Source: Octopus sinensis (Eukaryota). Taken from it: DNA of 64,000 nucleotides. Location of the stretch: contig NC_043014.1 of assembly GCF_006345805.1 (NCBI RefSeq), positions 48,608,001-48,672,000 of the forward strand, in the 5' to 3' direction. Shown here one piece after another: positions 1-13,415 of this stretch (position 1 is its first letter; the number at the start of each line of letters is the position of its first letter). Both the position numbers and the translations under genes were made by a program. The notes beneath the pieces are model-generated. The model searched no databases, was not told where the DNA came from, and saw only the letters and a program-made list of their open reading frames with translations.

Positions 1-693
1 AAATCTCAGACCGGGCGATGTGTGTGTTTATGAGAAAAACACCTAAGCTCCACGCGACTCCGGCAGAAGGTAATGGCGAACTTCTGCTGACTCTTTTGCC
101 ACAACTTTCTCTCACTCTTTCTTCCTGCATCTTGCAGCTCACCTGTGACGGACCGGCGTCCCGTCCAGGTAGAGAACCTATATGCCAAGGAAACCGGGAC
201 ACCGGCCCTTATGAGCCAGGCGTGGATCAAGAAGGAACAAACAACAAAACCCATGGCTACTTTGTATTTTACATCTACGTGGGTGAAGGTGGCTGGGGTT
301 GTGCTAAAAAGAGAGGTAAATATAGTAGTGATGGGGTACCAGAGGGTACCCTTAATGTAACATGTACAAGAACATGAATAAAAGAGAGCATAGAGACAGA
401 AGAAATCAGGAAGAATGAGCAAGGTAATAAGGAGTGGGATGGAGTGAAAGAGAAAGATAGAAACACAGGGTAGAGGTTATCAGATGTATACTGGGCAGGG
501 GCGGGGATGAACATAGTGAATGGTGAATAGCAGTGGTGGTTAATGGTGAACAATGATAAGAATGAAGGATGTCATTTAGGAGTGGTGTGTGTGGGTGTGT
601 GTATAAACAGAAAACTCTAAATTTGACATTCAAACTATCAAGGAAATAAATAAATTAAGGTCACCTGAATATGTGAAATAAGACAAGACTTAC

Positions 694-825
694 GTTTCGA
701 TAGATGTTTGTCGATATTTACATTTGGAACGGGATTTTCCTGGACACACGGAATCTGATAATTGAGTGTTTGTTACTGTACTGCTACCGCTTAGTGCAGT
801 CTTGGAGTTATTAGTCACCTTGGGT
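694..825 (-). CDS. Internal coding exon (132 nt, phase 2-2) of an unidentified minus-strand gene: (R)PKVTNNSKTALSGSSTVTNTQLSDSVCPGKSRSKCKYRQTSIE(T)
   Basis: Acceptor ttttattctattctgcag| and donor |gtaagt on the minus strand. Open frame, length divisible by 3, phase-compatible with the exon ending at 14180. Unique sequence between repeats. Confidence 0.7.
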
Positions 826-920
826 CTGCAGAATAGAATAAAATAGATAATCGTTAAAAATAAATGTGAATGATGTATTATTATAGCCAACAGAAATAAC
901 ACCTTAATTAAATAAAAAAA

Positions 921-1377
921 GGTGGCGAGCTGGCAGAAATGTTAGCACTCCGGGCAAAATGCTTGGCGGTATTTCGTCTGCCATTACGTTCTGAGTTCAA
1001 ACTCCGCCGAGGTCGACTTTGCCTTTCATCCTTTTGGGGTCAATAAATTAAGTATTAGTTATGCACTGGGGTCGATGTAATCGACTTAACCCTTTAGTGT
1101 TTAAACCGGCCATACCAGGCCAAAATTGTCTTCCTGTTTTATGCTCAAACCAGCCAGCTCTGACCTCTCCCACCTACCCTACAAAGTCATTCTAAAAATA
1201 AACAGGGACATCATCAAAATCTCAGAGTTACAAGATGCTGTACAATTAATTTAAAACAATGTAATTAAACAGGCTTTACATTTGACAGAGTAATATGAAT
1301 GCTAAAGGGTTAATCTATTTGTCTGTCCTTGTTTGTCCCCTCTTTGTTTAGCTCCTTGTGGGCAATAAAGAAATAAG
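921..1377 (+). mobile_element. tRNA-derived SINE, family A (Meta-domain-like GCCTTTCATCCTTTCGGGGTCGATAAA)
   Basis: A/B-box head. More than 10 related copies at approx. 2995-3198, 4811-5036, 8053-8282, 15850-16050, 27493-27633, 27993-28145, 41651-41868, 43680-44098, 54110-54326, 56560-56750, 62628-62970. Confidence 0.85.
1090..1309. mobile_element. piggyBac-like MITE nested in a SINE
   Basis: TTAA|CCCTTTAG...CTAAAGGG|TTAA, with SINE sequence resuming exactly after the second TTAA. Relatives at ~3485-3702, ~35471-35655 and ~58772-58970. Confidence 0.85.
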
Positions 1378-1900
1378 AAATAACACATCAATTATTGGTT
1401 AATATACCCAAAAGACTTAACACACTTGACCCCTTTTTGTGTGGAAATCAGTTATGTCCACTCAAAATTTCAGTACCTTTATCTGTGGAAAGTAATTTTA
1501 TATCCCAATCTCTATTTTTTTTAATCTTCTACTTGTTTCAGTCATTAGACTGCAGCCATACAGGGGCACCACCTTGAAGGATTTTAGTTGAACGAATTAA
1601 CCCCAGTACTTATTTTAAGCCTGGTACTTATTCTTTCATTGAACTGCAAAGTTACAGGGATGTAAACACACCAACACCGGTTGTTAAGCAGTGGTGGGGG
1701 ACAAACACAGATGCAAGCACACACATACACACACACACACACATATATATATACATTTTTACACTTTGATTTTTTTGCTGAATTTTTTCTTGAGAACACA
1801 TTCTTCGTGGAAAATGGTGATTTTGACGTCTATATCAAGCATATAGGCTGTCCATTTCTTTAGTGGTCAGTCCTCTACATTTTGTATATATATATATATA

Positions 1901-2272
1901 CTAGCAGTATCGCCCGGCGTTGCTCGGGTTTGTAAGGGAAATAACTATAAAGCATTTTTACAGAGTTATAGCCAAAAAATGGAAAAAAAATGATGGTAAA
2001 TTTTTTTTGAGAGTTAAAAAGGTCGAGTTGCGTCCCCTAGACAGTCTGGTTTGTGTTTCTGATTCTCGACCCCATGTCGAATTTATTGATTTTTTTCAGA
2101 ACTGGGGGAACTTTTCAAAATTTTCACTGTGTTAGTTTTGAATTATGACATTGGGCTATGTGTGTGTCAAGTTTCATCAGAATCGGTTGAAAGCCGTGGT
2201 CAGGGTGAGGGTACAACCTAACAGACACACAGAAACACACACAGACAAACTGCCGTTTATATATATAGAGAG
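1901..2272 (-). mobile_element. Non-autonomous Helitron-like element
   Basis: Minus strand has a 5' TC-TATATAAA start and a 3' hairpin CCCGAGCAACGCCGGG followed by CTAG|T. Same 3' end as 62125-62519. Confidence 0.75.
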
Positions 2273-2730
2273 ATAGAGAGATAGATAGATATATATATAT
2301 ATAGAAATATATATATAGAAAGGCTCCTTTCAGTTTACATCTACCAAATCCACTCAGAAGGCTTGGGTCAGCCAAGGGCATAGTTGAAAACAAATGCTTA
2401 AATTGCCATGCAATAGGATGAACCCGGAACCCTGTCGTTGTGAAGCAAACTTCTTACCTCACAGCCATGCCCACACCCACGCAATCTATTTTTTGTGGAG
2501 GAATGTCATGTTGGAAAGTATTTCCTGCTGTGGTGTGTCGTATATCCTGTTGTGGTTTATTGAGACAACATGACTTGCAGAAACGCAAAGTTCTGCAGTT
2601 TTTTGCCTTTTTTCTTGGGAAGTACGAGAGAAAATGTTTTTAATTTGTTTCTGTGTAAATAAAAATGTGTGAGTGTACCTAGCTGGCCAATGTACTCTTC
2701 TTTCACTTTTGGATACCTTGTCAGTTAAAA

Positions 2731-2942
2731 CATAGGAGAGGAGCTTTCTCCGTCCGGGTTGCGGATCCGTGGAACAAGCTGCCAGACGAGATGGTGAAGA
2801 TGCCGACGACCGCTTTGTTCAAAGCCTCCCTGGACCTCAAGTGGCCTGAACTCTTTACATGAACACCACCCTGTACTTAACTCCATGTCCCCCTACATGG
2901 CCTTGCTATTTGCTTTTGAGCCAAATTAACTAACTAACTAAC
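2731..2942 (+). mobile_element. 3' end of a CR1-clade LINE (5'-truncated)
   Basis: Open translation HRRGAFSVRVADPWNKLPDEMVKMPTTALFKASLD (CR1 FSxRV..WNxLP motif), short 3'UTR and (TAAC)n tail. Confidence 0.85.
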
Positions 2943-4149
2943 ATCAATAAACGTAACTAACAGATCTAACACATGTGTAATATCTTTTCTACTCTGGGCA
3001 CAAGGCCCAAAATTTGGGGGGAGGGGGCCAGTTGATTAGATTGACCCCAGTACACAACTGGTACTCAATTTATCGACCCCAAAAGGATGAAAGGCAAAGT
3101 CGACCTCGGCAGGATATGAACTCAGAACGTAAAGACAGACGAAATACTGCTAAGCATTTCGCCCGGCATGCTAACATATCTGCCAGCTCACCACCTTACA
3201 TCATCATCATCATTTAACGTCCGTTTTCCGCGCTAGCATGGGTTGGACGGTTCGACCGGGGTCAGGGAAGCCAGGAGGCTGCACCAGGCTCCAGTCTGAT
3301 CTGGCAGTGTTTCTATAGCTGGATGCCCTTCCTAACACCAACCACTCTGTAAGTGTAGTGGGTGCTTTTTACGTGCCACCGACACAGGTGCCAGGTGGGG
3401 AGGGCTGGCAGCGGCCACGATCGGTTGGTGCTTTTTACGTGCCACCGGCCTTACAATATGTGTAACATCAATATGATGACCTTTACCCTTCAGCACCCAG
3501 ATTACTTTGTCAAAATGTAATAGTCATTCATTCACATTGCTCTGAATTAATCATGCATTATCTTGTAGCTTCAAGATTTTGATGATGCGATTGTTTATTT
3601 TTACAATGATGCTATGACCGTGAGAAGCCAAATCTAACAAGTTTGAATATAAACCAGGTAGAATATTTAGGCCAGATATGGCTGGTTTAAATGGTAAAGG
3701 GTTAACAGGCCACTTCTTCCATACCAGTGAGACTGATGTGAGCAAAATCCAGCCTGAAACTTTCGTTGACATTAATGCAAAAAATGAGTCATCATTTTAA
3801 TGTCCATTTTTCCATACTTGCATGAGTCGGATGTTGTTTATTGGGGCAGATTTTTATTGGGCTGGATGCCTTTCCTGTCACCAAGCCTAATCTGTTTCCA
3901 AGCAAAGAAATACTTCCTCCTCCCCGCACCATGGCCAGACATGTTCATGAATGTTGGGAATGAATGACATTGGTTGTATGATAGTGACAATCATTTTACA
4001 ACTATCACACAATGCCAAGACAAGGAGACACAAACATGCACAATCACACACATACACACACACACAAATGATAAACCATTTCCTCTACATGGATGACTAT
4101 AAAATATTTACAGAGACAATAACTATTTAATAAATCTACTGAAAAATTG

Positions 4150-5200
4150 TTCCTAAAAAAATGAATTAAGGATTAGACAAATGTGCTAATGATGCAACAA
4201 GAAGAAGCAAATTAGTTAAAACGAAGAAGATTAAATTAGCTGCAGACACTAGACACCAGAACCAGAGACTTAGGTTTAACAGAAACTGATAAAATACAAC
4301 AGAAAAGAAGGAGAAAATTAGAAAAGACTACTGCAGATATTAATTAAAACTGAACCTAATGCAAGAAGTAAGATAATAGGCATAAACACATTAGTTGTCT
4401 CAGTTTTAAACTACAGCTTCAGACAGAAAAACCAGGAAACCACTAACGATGTTCTGAAGCCTTCACTTGCAACTGGTGCAGAAAGAATTTACCCAACCCA
4501 GTGCACAGAGAGGACAGATGCAGTGACTGATATTACTAATATATTGAGATGGTAAAGCCCTGATGTCACCACCTCTAAGAGTTCCAGTCAAGAAGGACAT
4601 CAAACAAGGTATCTCCTTGATTGACGCCCTTTGTTAAAGTTCTTCACAGCATGTCCCAAAATAGTTATCAAGAAGCATTGGTTGGAAAGGTGGTGCTAAC
4701 ATTAACAATGAGCACATCTCTGATTTTCATAGGACATTGTGCTCATTACAGAAATCAGCCGCAAACTATGCTGACGGACACTCAGAGTTCAGCAGTAAAG
4801 ATCAAAATATATTTCTTTACTACCCACAAGGGGCTAAACACAGAGGGGAGAAACAAGGACAGACAAATGGATTAAGTCGATTACATCAACCCCAGTGTGT
4901 AACTGGTACTTAATTTATCAACCCCGAAAGGATGAAAGGCAAAGTCGACCTCAGCGGAATTTGAACTCAGAACGCAACGGCAGACGAAATACTGGTAAGC
5001 ATTTCGCCCGGCGTGCTAACGTTTCTGCCAGCTCGCAGAAATAAACCACACGGAAACAAAATATGTGACCCAAAAACATATCACAAGGTCAAATTGTCAT
5101 GGTAACTGATGAAATTGAGGACATGAAAAATTGTATCTTTGTAAATATGCTACAACATGAACTGTGTAAGAAAGTAAAATAACAACAAGCATGGACTTTG
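4150..5200 (+). mobile_element. Heavily decayed LINE (RTE-like) RT relic interrupted by a SINE
   Basis: Fragmentary VPVKKDIKQGIS resembling the RT GVxQG motif; many stops; boundaries approximate. Confidence 0.4.
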
Positions 5201-5714
5201 ATATCACCTTCCAAGAAAGCCACAGTATTCTCTGCAGATGAAGGGTGTCCTTCATCTTCTAAAGTTGATAAACTAACATTGTACTTTACTTCTATGTATA
5301 CCTAGAACATTACCTCACTCTTGCACCTGAGTGCATAAAATGCATTATTACATCAACCAGTCAGTAATCATTTGAAACAGCTGTAAAGACCTGACATGAT
5401 TACATCATGCAAATTATATACACAACTTTTCATATGAATACATTCCTGACACCTATTACCACTTGTCTGTCATTCTTCTGTATATACTTGATTCTGATCG
5501 TCCTTCTAGCGCACTGTCCTTCTTCTGCCTAGCTCAACCGAATGAAGCTAAAATTTAAGATTCTGATCTCTCTGAGCACCACTAGGTGACTTTGCCACAC
5601 TTAAAACTAGCATTTTATCACCCATTGTTTATATATATATATATATATATATAATAGTAAGGAACATAATTCCAAAACTTACAGGGAAAAATTCAATTAA
5701 CAGTTTTAAATCAA

Positions 5715-5745
<31 letters not shown>

Positions 5746-6133
5746 TGAAGTGTAGGTGACTGTGTGCAACTGCTTGGCACCTTGGGCAAGTATCTCCTAC
5801 TAAATCCCTGAGCCGAACCAAAGCCCTGTGAATAGATTTGATAGAAGGAAACTGAAAAAAGCCCATCTTGTTTATATGAATGTGTGTGTGTGTATGTGAT
5901 CGTCTCCTTGTCTTGACATCACTTGACAGTTGTAAATGAGTGTCACTGTCATACAAGCAGTGTCATTCATTTCCAATATTGTGCGAGAATATCTCTGGCC
6001 ATGAGAAAATATTTTGCTTGGAAACAGATAAGGGTTGGCAACAAGTAGAGTATCCAGCTGTAGAAAATCTTCAATAAAATCTGTCCAACCCATGCAAGCA
6101 TGGAAAAATGGACATTAAAATTATCACTATTTC

Positions 6134-6196
<63 letters not shown>

Positions 6197-7085
6197 TACA
6201 TACACACACACATATGTGTATACACACACACACACACATATATGTGTATACACACACACACACACATATATGTGTATACACACACACACACACATATATG
6301 TGTATACACACACACACATATATATATATATGTATATACACACACAAACACAGAGACGGACACAATTTTATTGAGTTAATTCTGTTTAAATTCTATGTTT
6401 ACTTCCAGCAACATCAAAGGCTTTATTTTGAATCTTTATATCTTTTTCTTTGAACAAGCAGAGGAATGTGTGTGTGTGTGTGTGTATGCACAGGTATGTG
6501 TGTGTTTCGTTGTATTTCTCATTAAGTTAAAAATACAAATGTCTTTATAAACGTATTTATTACTGAAATATTATGGGAAAATGACTGTACATATATACAC
6601 ACACACACATATATTTATAATTACATCTATTACTGAAACATATGAGATATTAATTGTATACACAAATATAAAGCAGATTTGTTACTGAAATACATGGTAT
6701 TAATTATACATCTACATACATATATTACATATGTATATCTCTGTATCAACCAAATTATCAGATGTTATACATGGCTCGTCACAATGCACTTTCTTGCACT
6801 GTTTAGCTTTAGAAAGATGTCCACCAACACACCTCACTGGCTTGGCAGGAAGGCATTGCTTGGGTTTCCCCTAAACAGAATGCCAGTCTGTTGCTGAGTT
6901 ATCCACTTGCTCTTGAGTGGACTGAAGCAACATGAAATAAAGTGTCTTGCTCAAGAACACAACACACTGCCAATTTGTGAATTGCAATCATGAGTGCAAC
7001 ACCCCAACTACTTGGTCACATACCATCACACACACACACCAGCACTCTGTGAGTTATGACAATGAGGGTTCCAGTTGACTCAATC

Positions 7086-7580
7086 CAGGGGTCACCAAAC
7101 TTTTTTGACCATCAACCCCCTTTAGCCACTTCTGCATTGACCCCCTTTAGCCACTTCTCCTTCTGTGTTGATCCCCTCTAGCCAGGTATTTTCATAGAAA
7201 AAAAAGCACCTTCTTGATGTAAATAATTTTTGGTGTTAACATGGTCCAATTTGAATTTTTTCTTCTACGGAATGAAGAGCAAGACTTCTTCTATCATACT
7301 CTCAATTTTAGTCAACTTGTGCTGCAGGGTCTCGGAGGAGATAGTGTTAGTTGAAGGCTACCAAACCTGCCATACACAGATAACTTCAGCTTTATATATA
7401 GAGAGATTGACAGCATCAATGAGATGGATGAACATGGCACTGACTAAGTATTTCAAGCAGTTCATCTGGGTGAGCTGGTCTTTTGCACACTGACCCCGTT
7501 TGACCCCTTGGCTATCATAAACTCCCTGTAATTCCTCGCTGACTCCTAGGGGTTCCCTCAGACCCCTTTGACGACCCCTG
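7086..7580. mobile_element. hAT-like MITE inserted in an old SINE, itself containing a Helitron-like fragment (~7195-7405)
   Basis: TIRs CAGGGGTC / GACCCCTG with an imperfect 8-bp TSD (ACTCAATC/ATCCAATC). The internal part matches 9505-9690 in reverse. Confidence 0.7.
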
Positions 7581-8002
7581 ATCCAATCAATGGAACACCC
7601 TGCTCATGAAATTAATGTGCAAGTGGCTGAGCACTCCACAGATTCGTGTTCCCTGAATGTAGTTCTCAGGATTCAGTGGGACACACAGGATGTGACGAGG
7701 CTACCCCTTTGAATTACCAGTAGTATTCACTTTGCCGGCTGAGTAGACTACAGCAACATGAAAATATGTGTGTGTGTGTGTGTGTGTTTGTGGCATTAGC
7801 ACTTGTAACTCAAAAGAGAGCTCCTATAACGCAAAGTGTGGCAGTCAAAGTACATCAGCAAAAACACACTTATTGTTGTGAGGGGATGGTAGTGGAGAGA
7901 GAATAACAGCCAAAGTGTTAGGCAGCAAAAGAAACAAAATGTTAAGGGTGCCCCCATCCTATATTATCTATAAAGAAAGAATACAAGTGGGTTGCTGTTC
8001 AC

Positions 8003-8038
<36 letters not shown>

Positions 8039-8317
8039 TACACACACAGAGAAGGTGGTGAGCTGGCAGAAACGTTAGCGTGCCAGGTGAAATGCTTAGC
8101 GGTATTTCGTCTGTCGTTACGTTGTGAGTTCAAATTCCACCGAGGTCAACTTTGCCTTTCATTCTTTCGGGGTTGATAAATAAAGTACCAGTTACGCACT
8201 GGAGTCGATGTAGTAGACTTAATCCCTTTGTCTGTCCTTGTTTGTCCACTCTATGTTTAGCCCCTTGTGGGCAATAAAGAAACATATATATATATATATA
8301 TATAGATAGATAGATAG

Positions 8318-8360
<43 letters not shown>

Positions 8361-9171
8361 AATAGATATCTTGTTAACTCCCACTCTCTTTCTCTCTCTA
8401 GGTAAATGTTTCTGCCCTCATTCTTGCTCTCTTTCTCTTCTTTTCTCTGGGTTACCACGGACCTCCTCTACAGCAAGGCATCTGTTTCTGCCTCTCTATC
8501 ACACTCTAATCTATCATCATCTGACACAAGATCACCTCCTCTAATGCCTCCTCCCCTCTCAAACACTCCTTGTCTTGCTAAGTCACTTGGTGAACCCTGC
8601 CAGTGCAGGTGCCACTTAAAAAGCACCCAGTCCACCCTGTAAAGTAGTTGGCATTTGGAAGGGCATCCAGATGTAAAAAAAAAACAAGCCAAAACAGACC
8701 TCGCCCATGCAAGGTGCCACTTAAAGAGCACTCATCCCACTCTGTGAAGGGGTTGGTGTTAGGAAGGGCATCCAGCCATAGAAACCATGCCAAAACACAC
8801 TCAGAAGCATGGAGCAGGGTCCTACCAGGCCAGCTTCTATCTAACCATCCAACCCATGCAAGCATGGAAGGAAGATATTAAACGATGATGATATATAATT
8901 TTCATCATTTTACAGCCACTTTCCAGGCCCACACGGATTGCATGGATCCATCAGGATTCATGTCAATTCTCTATGTATATCTATACCTATATATGTATAC
9001 ATACATATATATATCATCATCATCGTTTAGCATCCGCTTTCCATGCTAGCATGGGTTGGACAGTTCAACTGGGGTTTGGGAAGCCAGAAGGCTGCACCAG
9101 GCTCAGTCTGATCTGGCAATGTTTCTACGGCTGGATGTCCTTCCTAACGCCAAGATGCCCTTCCTAACGCC

Positions 9172-9208
<37 letters not shown>

Positions 9209-9448
9209 AGCAACAGGATATTCAGATATTCAATCATTTGACTGTGGCCATGCTGGAGCATCACCATTTAGTCGAACAAATCGACACTAGGACTTATTCT
9301 TTGTAAGCCTAGTACTTATTCTATTGGTCTCTTTTGCGGAATTGCTAAGTTACAGGGACGTAAACACACCAACATCAGTTGTCAAGCGATGGTGAGGGGA
9401 CAAACACTGACACACAAACATTTATATGGGTGTGTGCGTGTGTGTATG

Positions 9449-9510
<62 letters not shown>

Positions 9511-9911
9511 CTGAAGTTGTCTGTGTGCGGCAGGTTTGGTAGCCTTCAACTAACACCATCTCCTCCGAGACCCTGCAGCGCAAGTTGACCAAAATTGAGA
9601 GTATGATAGAAGAAGGCTTGCTCTTCAAATCTGACCATGTTAACACCAAAAATTATTTACATCAAAAAGGTACTTTTTTTCTACGAAAATCCCGATTTTT
9701 TGACTGCCGTGTCACCATTTTTCGGTGTATTTCAACCAGAAAAATGCTCACTTAAAGAGAATAACAAGCTACATAATGCAAAATTTTTACTTTTCAAAAA
9801 TTCCAATTCTAAAGGGTCGAAACACCCAAGATAAGCAACAGGATATTCAGAGCTAATGCAGTACGATTGTTTCAAGCAACTCCATTTAATTGAACTTAAC
9901 TCTATGTATCT

Positions 9912-9999
9912 ATGCAGCTGGGGATTGCTCTGCATTTAAATTGCTGTAACGATTGCATTGTTCTATTAAATGTAGTCACTTGAAACGATCGTACTGCAT
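9912..9999 (+). ncRNA. Degenerate hammerhead ribozyme of the same family, inside a palindromic fragment (9830-10025)
   Basis: ATGCAG-CTGGGGA-...-GAAA-CGATCG-TA^CTGCAT. Helix I is perfect; the CUGANGA box is mutated and the base of helix II is imperfect. Confidence 0.55.
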
Positions 10000-10111
10000 T
10001 ACCTCTGAATATCCTGTTGTTTATGTTGATTTTAATCACCTTATTTTGAAATTGTATGGATAATACTGTATTAAATTCTGGTGCCTCAACTTAAGTACCT
10101 AATTCATCTGA

Positions 10112-10934
10112 ATCTATACATATATATATATATATACTTTGTGTGTGCGTGTGTATATATATATATATGTATATATACATTGTGTGTGTGTGTGTGTATG
10201 TATATATATATAATATATATATATATATGGGTGTGCATATATATGTGTATATATGTGTGTGTATATATGTGCATATATATGTATGTATATATATGTGCAT
10301 GTGTGTATATATGTGCATATATATGTATATATATGTGCATGTGTGTGTATATATATATGTGTATATATATGTATATATATATATATGTGCATATATATAT
10401 ATGTGTGTGTGTGCATATATATGTATATATATATGTGTGCATACATATGTATATATATATGTGTGCATACATATGTATATATATATGTGTGCATACATAT
10501 GTATATATATATGTGTGCATACATATGTATATATATATGTGTGCATACATATGTATATATATATGTGTGCATATATATGTATATATATGTGTGCATATAT
10601 ATGTATATATATATGTGTGCATATATATGTATATATATGTGTGCATATATATGTATATATATGTGTGCATATATGTATATATATGTGTGCATATATATGT
10701 GTATATACATATATATATATGCACATATATATACATGCATATATATATATGCACACATATATATATGTATATGCACATATATATATACATATATATATAT
10801 GTATATGCACATATATATATATGCATATATATATATGCACACATATATATGTATATGCACATATATATATACATATATATATATATATACATATGCACAT
10901 ATATATATATACATATATATATATACATATGCAC

Positions 10935-10965
<31 letters not shown>

Positions 10966-10969
10966 ATAT

Positions 10970-11028
<59 letters not shown>

Positions 11029-11072
11029 GTATGTATCTATACATGTACAATATATATATAAACACACACACA
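10112..11072. repeat. ~950-bp compound (TA/TG/CA)n microsatellite
   Basis: Alternating purine-pyrimidine tract; the source of the spurious 237-333-aa ORFs. Confidence 0.97.
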
Positions 11073-13029
11073 CTCGACGGGCTTCTTTGAGTTTCTGTCT
11101 ACCAAATCCACTCACATGGTTTAGGTCGGCCCGAGGCTATAGTAGAAAACACTTGCCGAAGGTGCCACGCAGTCTCATTGAACCTGGAACCATGTGGATA
11201 GGAAAGAAGCCTTCTTACCACACAGCCACTCCTGTGCCTATATATATTTATTAATATTTAGCAGAAGCAACAAAGTGACTCAGGGGCTGAGAGTTCTGTG
11301 TGCTATCACCTATCAATATACGTATAAACTGCATCATGTTATTGAAATGTATGAGGTATTAATTACACACATATATAAATAGCCACATATATAACTGAGC
11401 TATATGATACATAATCATGACAGTACAATAGAAGAGCCTGAACATGGTCATTTGATCTGCTAGAAATAGTAGATAAATCTCCTTTGAAATGCACCCAACC
11501 ATCTCTAAACGGATACATTTGATATTTTTGATAGGGGTTACACTGTTCTAGAAAATAACCAGTCTTTGATCGTAGGTATGTTCACACCTGATCAAGAAGA
11601 TAGCTTTAGACTGAGAATTTTTATAATACATATTTTTTATATATGTGTATATATATATATATATATGATGATAGTGGTTCCAGTTATGACCATCCTGTCA
11701 TTTTAGCCACCTCCAAGAACTAACTCATCTAATGTATCCTTTTTCTTTTTTCTATTATTCAAAAAAGAAAGATATGTAGTCTGAAGGGTGTTTTGCTGCT
11801 GTTTCTAGCAGATGAACCAGAGCAACATCGTTGTGTTGCACTGTAGTATCTGTTTTAGCAGCTCTGTACAACCTTTACATGCAACTTCAAGTTCCAGAGA
11901 CAACAATAACAGAACATCATCACCAACATGGTTAACGGTTACACGCACACACACCTATATATGCATACATCTGTATATATACATAGACACATGCATGCAT
12001 ACATATATGTATATATACACATGCATGCATACATATATGTATATATACACATGCATTCATATATGTATGCATATATATATATATATACACATGCATACAT
12101 ATACAAACGTGCATATGTATATACATACATGTACATGCACATATCATCATCATCGTTTAGCGTCCGTTTTGATGATGATATGTGCATGTACATATATGTA
12201 TGTATATACATATGCACGTTTGTATATACATATGCACGTTTGTATATACATATATATATATATATATACATACATACATGCATATATACAAGTATATGAT
12301 ATACATACAAGCATATATATATTCATATATATATATGCACACATAAATACACATACATTTACATATGCATGTATGTTTGCATGTGCGTGTATATATATAT
12401 ATACACACAAACGCACACATACATATACACATGTATACATCTACATATGCATATATGTGCATAAATATATATATACTGTGCATGTATGTATGTATTTATA
12501 CACACTAACATTAGGTTCCAGGTGTAACACAATAACAGAACACTTTGGTAAAGATGCTGTCGGGTGCTGACAAAACCTTTTGGCTGGTTTCCAGACTAAA
12601 AGACTTTCTCAGAACCAGCAGCTGTCTTACCACTACTATTACTACTACTACAAGACAAGACAACGGGGGGGGAAGCCTATAAGTGGTTGCTTGACATGCT
12701 AGAAATAGCAACCAAGTAACCCTCAAATCACAGCCATATTAGACAACATAGTCCTAGATGTCCCTCCTCCCTCCTACCGAAGGAATGGTCACGGCCAAAA
12801 TACTTTCGTTCATAGGTCTACTAGATCAGAATCTACCTAGAATTTACTACTACTACTACTATTATTACTACTACTATATTTACACCTTAATCAAATAATT
12901 ATTCTTCGATTGAAAAATAAAAATTTCTGTTATTTTGCCAATAAACGAAATATATCGTTCGATTATATGACATCTTTCATAATGTTGCTTTGTTGTTTTG
13001 CCACAGTTCATCAAAGTCTTTGCTGGTTT

Positions 13030-13415
13030 CAATTTGGCTGCTGTTTCTAGTAGGCCGAACCATCACATACAGGTTTTCCTTAGCTGGATTTTGGCTGTTT
13101 CTAATATGTCGAGCTACCACCACGCAAAGGCTTTCTCGCTTGTTTAATTTGGCCGTTATTTCTAGCAGGTCGAGCTACCACCACGTACAGGTTTCCTTGG
13201 CTCGATTTGGCTGCTGTTTCTAGCAGTTGGGGGGGGCTGCCCCCACGTAGAGGCTCCGCCGTTTAATTCCATTTGGCTGCTATTTCTAGCAGTTGGGGGG
13301 GCTGCCCACGTAGAGGCTCCGCCGTTAATTCCATTTGGCTGCTATTTCTAGCAGTTGGGGGGGGCTGCCCACGTAGAGGCTCCGCCGTTTAATTCCATTT
13401 GGCTGCTATTTCTAG
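13030..13415. repeat. Tandem repeat, ~55-65-bp unit (TTTGGCTGCTATTTCTAGCAG core), ~7 copies, last three nearly identical
   Basis: Direct inspection of the tandem periodicity. Confidence 0.85.

Noticed and set aside
10081-11115. Long ORFs of 237-333 aa on both strands (also 5967-6453, 11812-12570, 36793-37408, 44248-45108)
   Set aside because: Translations of (TA/TG/CA)n microsatellites (Y/I/C/V/H/T runs); not genes.
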